From NCBI RefSeq assembly GCF_048595155.1, contig NZ_JBMDXN010000005.1, positions 21,015 to 85,014 of the forward strand: a DNA stretch of 64,000 nucleotides, in the 5' to 3' direction. The notes below the pieces were generated by a model that was given only the letters and a program-made list of their open reading frames with translations, was not told where the DNA came from and ran no database searches. Below are positions 58,808-64,000 of this stretch, piece by piece. Source of the stretch: Sphingomonas sp. GTDB taxonomy: Bacteria > Pseudomonadota > Alphaproteobacteria > Sphingomonadales > Sphingomonadaceae. Every line of letters starts with the position of its first letter. The stretch's first letter is position 1. A program made the position numbers and the translations under genes.

Positions 58808-59935
58808 GTGAGGAAGAGGCTTTTGGCCTGGGGCGGATTAGGTGTCGGCCTCGCGATCGCTGGCGGCTTTGCCGGCAGCGCCGCGCTTGCGCGCGTGCGG
58901 CGGCCGCTGGAGTGGATCGCCGACTTCGATCATCAGGTAACAGGCGTCGCGGCTACCGACGACGGCCGCATCTTCGTCAATTTTCCGCGATGGACCGACG
59001 ACGCCCCTATCTCGGTGGGAGAGTTGATGCCGGACGGTGGCGTGCGACCATATCCCAATGCCGAATGGAATAGCTGGCGCAATGCGAAGGCCGGCAAGAT
59101 GCCGGTCGAAAAACATTTCGTGTGCGTTCAGTCGATCGTTCCCGATCGGCGTGGCAACCTGTGGGTGCTCGATCCCGGCGCACCCGGCAATGAGAAGATA
59201 TTGCCAGGCGCTCCTAAGTTGGTGAAGATCGATCTGGCGCGTGATCGCGTAACCAAGATCATCCCGATCCCCGAAGATGTCGCGCTCCAAGGCAGTTACC
59301 TCAACGACATCCGCTTCTCGCCCGATGGGAAGCTTGGTTATATCACCGACAGCGGAACCCGCGGCGCGATCATCGTCGTGAACCTCGCCAGCGGCGAGAG
59401 TTGGCGCGCGCTGGACGGTCATGTCTCGACGCAGGTGGACAAGAGTGTCGAGGTACGGATCGATGGAAAGCAGCTCGTCCGGCCTGACGGGCGTCAGCCG
59501 ATGTTCTCCGCTGACGGGATAGCCTTATCGAACGATGGGAAGACTTTGTTTTACCAGGCCCTTACGGGCGAAACCCTCTATTCTATCGCAACCGCAAAAC
59601 TGCGGCGGGACGTATCTGAGGAGGATCGAAGCGCCGCGGTCGAAAGGGTGGCGCAAACCCACGTGGCCGACGGCTTATGGCTAAGCCGCGACGAGGTCCT
59701 CTACCTGACATCGCCGACGGATTATTCAATTACGCGGCTGGACGGGGATCGAACCGAGACAGTCCTGATCGATCGGCGGCTACGTTGGCCGGATACATTC
59801 TCGGAGGGGCCCGACGGCCGCATCTACATCACTGCCAGCCACATCCAGGACACGATGTGGTTTAAGCCCGGCGCGCCGGCGTCGATCCGCACATCGTTGT
59901 TCTCCTTCCTTCCGGAAGATGTCAGCAACAGGTGA
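58808..59935 (+). CDS. major royal jelly / yellow family (L-dopachrome tautomerase-related) protein
   Basis: 375 aa, GTG start with AAGGAG 8 nt upstream; signal/TM N-terminus; FVNFPRW, NLWVLDPG, YLNDIRF..GYITDSG beta-propeller repeats as I recall for bacterial MRJP proteins. Confidence 0.72.
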   Translation: MRKRLLAWGGLGVGLAIAGGFAGSAALARVRRPLEWIADFDHQVTGVAATDDGRIFVNFPRWTDDAPISVGELMPDGGVRPYPNAEWNSWRNAKAGKMPVEKHFVCVQSIVPDRRGNLWVLDPGAPGNEKILPGAPKLVKIDLARDRVTKIIPIPEDVALQGSYLNDIRFSPDGKLGYITDSGTRGAIIVVNLASGESWRALDGHVSTQVDKSVEVRIDGKQLVRPDGRQPMFSADGIALSNDGKTLFYQALTGETLYSIATAKLRRDVSEEDRSAAVERVAQTHVADGLWLSRDEVLYLTSPTDYSITRLDGDRTETVLIDRRLRWPDTFSEGPDGRIYITASHIQDTMWFKPGAPASIRTSLFSFLPEDVSNR

Positions 59936-59956
59936 GCGAACCCTCGCGGCGGTAAA

Positions 59957-59978
59957 CCGGCCTTATTGATCAGGCCGG
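59957..59978. terminator. hairpin between convergent genes (possible bidirectional terminator)
   Basis: CCGGCCT-N8-AGGCCGG (7-bp stem) 22 nt after the MRJP stop, overlapping the stop codon of the minus-strand ORF. Confidence 0.4.
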
Positions 59979-60358
59979 AAGTCGCGCCGTCTGAAGTTAC
60001 TCCGATCCGTCTGAAAGGAGAAAGCGGCGGCGCCGGTGTCGCCGAGCGGCACGACCGCGCTTCCATAGGTCGATCGATAGCCACCCGTGCCGACCGCCAC
60101 GCCGACCTCGCCATGGATGCGGCCATCCGGGGCAATGCCGTTGTCATCGATCGGGCGAGCGGGATGCGACGCGCCATATTCCAGCGCCGCCTCCCGCTCC
60201 TCCGGCGTGAGGCGGACGGTGCCCGGAACCGACGGGTCGGCCGGTATCGTACCCGAGAAAAAAGGCGCCTCAGTTTGCTGAGGTTGTGACTGGGCCAGCA
60301 GTGGCGTCGCCACCGCGATCATCAGGAACAGGGCCGGACGGAAGATCTTCATTATCAT
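59963..60358 (-). CDS. small secreted hypothetical protein
   Basis: 131 aa; signal peptide MIMKIFRPALFLMIAVATPLLAQ; 65 nt downstream of, and co-directional with, the kinase gene. Confidence 0.5.
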   Translation of the reverse strand: MIMKIFRPALFLMIAVATPLLAQSQPQQTEAPFFSGTIPADPSVPGTVRLTPEEREAALEYGASHPARPIDDNGIAPDGRIHGEVGVAVGTGGYRSTYGSAVVPLGDTGAAAFSFQTDRSNFRRRDFRPDQ

Positions 60359-60423
60359 CCTTCTTGGCGGGAATTAAGCGCACAGCGCATGTCCCCTGCC
60401 TGAACAAAGCCCCACCAAAGGGG

Positions 60424-62097
60424 TCACCGCGGCGCGCGGCGTTCGCGATGTCCTTGCAGGGATATGACATTATCGTCGCTGTTACCCAAACGGTTGAGCG
60501 CCTCGGCCAGTTCGATCAGATTGAAGGGCTTGTTGAGAACGGGAAGACCCAGCACCGGTTCTGATGCCCCGGTATAGCCGGTCACTAGCAGGATCGGCAG
60601 CATCGGTCGTTCCCGCCGTATCCGGCGGGCGAGCTCGCCGCCGTCCATCCGCGGCATCTTATAGTCGGTGATAACCGCATCAAGTTCGAGACCAGCGTCC
60701 AATTTAGCTAACGCTTCCTCTCCGGTGCTCGCCTCGATGATATCGTGCCCCAGGTCACGCATCATCTCGGCGGTGCCCTTGCGGACGAGTTCCTCATCAT
60801 CCACGAACAGAATAGTCATTCGTCGTGTCTGCGGAGCAGGCGCCTGTTCGGAACGGCTGGGCACGGTCGCGCGGCGCTCGTTGGTGACGGGCAGGAAGAA
60901 GTCAGCTCGGGTGCCCTTGCCTGGGTTGCTCGAGAGGGTGAAAGCGCCGCCCAATTGCCCAGCCAGCCCATGCACCATCGACAAGCCAAGCCCCGTGCCG
61001 CGGCCGGTTTCCTTGGTCGAGAAAAAGGGCTCGACTGCGCGCGCCAGGGTCGGCGCATCCATCCCGATACCCGTATCGATAACCGAGAGCCGCACGTAGA
61101 GGCCGGGAGTCAACTTGCTGTCGCTGCCTGGATCGATCAGTACCTGCTCGGCCGCAACGGTGAGGATGCCGCCGTTCGGCATGGCATCGCGCGCATTAAC
61201 GCAGAGGTTCAGGATCGCGAGCTCCAGCTGATTTGGGTCCGCCAGCGCACGCGGCACGTCAGCGGAGCAATGCAGGCGAAGTTCAATCGTTGAGCCGGCC
61301 GAACTGGCGATCAGATCGCGCATGCCCTCCAGCAGCTCGCACAAATCCACCGGTCCGGTCTGCAGCACCTGGCGGCGCGCAAAGCCAAGCAGCCGCTGCA
61401 CCAGCGTTTTTGCGCGCTCACCCGACTGCAAGGCATGGCCGATCAGCCGGTCGACGCGGGCATCGTTGCCGGAAACTTTCCGCTGTAGCAGATCGAGCGC
61501 GCCAATGATCGGCGTGAGCAGATTGTTGAAATCGTGCGCAACGCCGCCGGTGAGCTGCCCCAATGTCTCCAGCTTCTGGGCTTCGTGAAGCTGCTGGACG
61601 GCCAACTCGCGCTCCCGCGTGCGCTCCTCGACGCGCTGCTCCAGTTCCGCGGCAAGAGCGTGCAACTGATCCAACCGTGCTCGCGCCTCATACTGGCGCA
61701 GCCGCCCGCGTCGGGCAGCCTGGGCAAGGCTGATCAACGTAGTGGGGTGGAAGGGGCGCTCCAGAAAGGTGACGTTCCCCAGCATCGCAAGGTAGCGACC
61801 GGCCGCAGGGTTGCGCTCCAGTCCACCGCCGCGCTGCGTCAGTAATATGAAAGGGAAATCCGACCATTCCGGCTGCGTCTCGATCCAGGCCGACAGCGCG
61901 TGTAGGTCTGCATCGCGCAGCGCCTCCTCCGTGATGAGGCCGAAACCGGCGCCGGCCACAAGCTCGGCGCGCAGCTGCCCGATCGACGCGCAAACGAAGC
62001 TGGAGAAGCCTTTTTCCGCCAGCATGGCAGAGGCTACGGCGGCGTCGCGACCCTGGGGCGCCAGGATCAACGCGCGTTCGGATAAATGCGGTATCAA
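60424..62097 (-). CDS. hybrid histidine kinase: N-terminal pseudo-receiver, HisKA, HATPase_c, C-terminal receiver
   Basis: 557 aa, TTG start overlapping the KaiC-like stop (TTGA); H-box VAHDFNNLLTPI, G-box GTGLGLS, receiver ILFVDDE..VITDYKMPRMDG..LLVTGY. Confidence 0.88.
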   Translation of the reverse strand: MIPHLSERALILAPQGRDAAVASAMLAEKGFSSFVCASIGQLRAELVAGAGFGLITEEALRDADLHALSAWIETQPEWSDFPFILLTQRGGGLERNPAAGRYLAMLGNVTFLERPFHPTTLISLAQAARRGRLRQYEARARLDQLHALAAELEQRVEERTRERELAVQQLHEAQKLETLGQLTGGVAHDFNNLLTPIIGALDLLQRKVSGNDARVDRLIGHALQSGERAKTLVQRLLGFARRQVLQTGPVDLCELLEGMRDLIASSAGSTIELRLHCSADVPRALADPNQLELAILNLCVNARDAMPNGGILTVAAEQVLIDPGSDSKLTPGLYVRLSVIDTGIGMDAPTLARAVEPFFSTKETGRGTGLGLSMVHGLAGQLGGAFTLSSNPGKGTRADFFLPVTNERRATVPSRSEQAPAPQTRRMTILFVDDEELVRKGTAEMMRDLGHDIIEASTGEEALAKLDAGLELDAVITDYKMPRMDGGELARRIRRERPMLPILLVTGYTGASEPVLGLPVLNKPFNLIELAEALNRLGNSDDNVISLQGHRERRAPR

Positions 62098-63575
62098 TCC
62101 GCTACAATCGCGTCGGCCACGCTCTTGTCCACGAGCGTCGGCACACCGCGCAGGACCCCGTGGAAGTTGAACAGCGGCTGGCCCAAACTTACGCCGGACG
62201 CGTCGATCCTGAATTCGCGGATCGTATCTTCATGCGCACTGGTGCGTTTCTTGATCACCGAAATAGCTCGGCGCACCCGGGCTTGCGCCTCAAAATAGCG
62301 CAGCAGGATGACCGTGTCCGCGAGGTAGGTCACATCGACCGGCGCCTTCATATCGCCGACAAAGCCGTGCTGCGCGACCGTCAGGAAAGTCGATGCGCCC
62401 TGGCGGTTAAGATATTGCAGCAGCTCATGCATGTGCAGGATCAGCGCCTGTTCCGCCGGCATCGCAGCCTGATAGCCGTTCAAACTATCAATTATGACCG
62501 TGCTGGCTTGCTGCACCTCGACGCAGGCGCGTACGCGCTCAGAAAATTCGCCGGGGCTCAACTCCGCCGCATCGACCTGCTCGATCAGCAATTTGCCTGC
62601 ATCCACAAACGCTTGAAGATCGATATTGAGACCGCGAGCGCGATCGAACAACAGACCGAGCTCTTCATCGAAGACGAACATTGCCGCCTTTTCTTGGCGC
62701 TCCATCGCCGCCACGATGAAGGTAAGGGCGAGCAGCGATTTGCCGGTACCGGCAGGCCCGAGAATCAGAACGCTGGAGCCGCGTTCCACGCCGCCGCCCA
62801 GCAAAGCATTCAACTCCGGCGATCCCGTGCGCATCGGCTCGCGGGAAAAAAGTGTTTTATGCTCCGCAGATACCAGGCGGGGGAAAACACGTGCACCGCC
62901 GGTGTCGATCACAAAGTCGTGATACCCGCCTCTGTAACGTTGGCCGCGATATTTGATCACACGCATCCGCCGGCGTTCTGATCCATAATCGGGCGATAGT
63001 TCTTCAAGCCGGACCACCCCGTGCGCGATGCTATGCATCGTCCGGTCATTGGCTTCCGCCGTCATGTCGTCGAGCATCAGCACGGTCGCATTATGACGCG
63101 AGAAATAATGCTTAAGGGCAAGAATTTGACGTCGGTAGCGCAACGAGCTTTGCGCAAGAAGCCGGATTTCGGAGAGGCTGTCGATCACCACGCGGTTGGG
63201 CTTCAGCGTCTCGAACCGCTCGAAGATGCGCTTCGTCGTTTCGCCGAGTTCCAAATCGGATGAGTAAAGCAGGCTCTGTTGCTGATCATCGTCCAGCAGG
63301 CTTTCCGGCGGTATCAGCTCGAAGATATCGACACCCTCAAGGGACCAGCCATGCGATGCGGCGCCCGCGCGAAACTCGGCTTCCGTTTCCGATAGGGTGA
63401 CATAAAGGCAAGTCTCGCCGGCAGCCGCGCCGGCGATCAGCCATTGCGTGGCGATCGTCGTCTTGCCCGTGCCCGGAGACCCTTCGAGCAGGAATAGCCG
63501 CGCCCGCGCGAGGCCCTTGGTTACGTCGTCCAGCCCTTTGATGCCGAACAGCGCATATTCTGCTAGGTCAGTCAC
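62094..63575 (-). CDS. kaiC: KaiC-like double-domain RecA-superfamily ATPase
   Basis: 493 aa, GTG start with AAGGAAG upstream; two Walker A motifs (GSPGTGKT, GPAGTGKS); C-terminal DTVILLRYFE..RRAISVIKKRTSAHEDTIREFRI matches remembered KaiC CII sequence. Confidence 0.85.
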   Translation of the reverse strand: MTDLAEYALFGIKGLDDVTKGLARARLFLLEGSPGTGKTTIATQWLIAGAAAGETCLYVTLSETEAEFRAGAASHGWSLEGVDIFELIPPESLLDDDQQQSLLYSSDLELGETTKRIFERFETLKPNRVVIDSLSEIRLLAQSSLRYRRQILALKHYFSRHNATVLMLDDMTAEANDRTMHSIAHGVVRLEELSPDYGSERRRMRVIKYRGQRYRGGYHDFVIDTGGARVFPRLVSAEHKTLFSREPMRTGSPELNALLGGGVERGSSVLILGPAGTGKSLLALTFIVAAMERQEKAAMFVFDEELGLLFDRARGLNIDLQAFVDAGKLLIEQVDAAELSPGEFSERVRACVEVQQASTVIIDSLNGYQAAMPAEQALILHMHELLQYLNRQGASTFLTVAQHGFVGDMKAPVDVTYLADTVILLRYFEAQARVRRAISVIKKRTSAHEDTIREFRIDASGVSLGQPLFNFHGVLRGVPTLVDKSVADAIVAD

Positions 63576-63687
63576 CCGTCTTCCTTAACCATAATCGGCG
63601 AAGCGCGCATCAGCGCATCGTTTACGATGCCGATATGGCAGCAATCGACGTTCCGGCCATTAATCCCAAGCAACTTACTGACAGCAA

Positions 63688-64000
<313 letters not shown>

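Noticed and set aside
63576-63687. EcfG-type promoter upstream of the KaiC-like gene
   Set aside because: A GGAAC is present on the minus strand, but no CGTT-like element lies at the required 16-17-nt spacing.

Overview
High-GC chromosomal window. Two hand-counted coding lines give 68% GC in truA and 40% GC in one atypical islet. Gene content, protein sequences and the GTTC-N7-GTTC SOS-box type point to an alphaproteobacterium, probably Sphingomonadaceae (inference). The window is mostly core and catabolic genes. In order: trxB; truA-fmt; recR; def; a PepSY/OmpR/HK two-component locus; rmuC; putA with divergent putR; an mdtABC-OMF efflux operon; a secreted protein coupled to an S41 peptidase; add plus a phosphoribosyltransferase; dinB. 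A roughly 17-kb co-directional array follows. It joins a propionyl-CoA to succinyl-CoA cluster (pccB, mce, B12 mutase, bioB, pccA) to a leucine/isovalerate cluster (ivd, mccB, mccA, MaoC-type hydratase, CitE-like lyase) and a sulfurtransferase. After that come an ODC plus deoxyhypusine-synthase-like polyamine pair, a TonB-dependent receptor, an MBL/SDR/MRJP-yellow trio, a KaiC-like ATPase coupled to a hybrid histidine kinase, and a partial class II DAHP synthase. I recognised no rRNA, tRNA, CRISPR, transposase or integrase. The loci most worth a second look are: (1) a 1.2-kb AT-rich islet between trxB and truA with one orphan polymorphic-toxin-like or HNH-like ORF preceded by an SOS-box-like repeat; (2) the KaiC-like ATPase overlapping a pseudo-receiver/HisKA/REC kinase, with no kaiA or kaiB; (3) a leucine pathway in which MaoC and CitE-like genes sit where liuC and liuE are expected, with three unrelated inserted genes; (4) tandem uncharacterised membrane-protein paralogs and a lone bioB inside the propionate cluster; (5) a 71-aa Thr/Ser/Ala-rich insertion in MdtC. 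All functional calls come from reading motifs and remembered family features. No database search was run.
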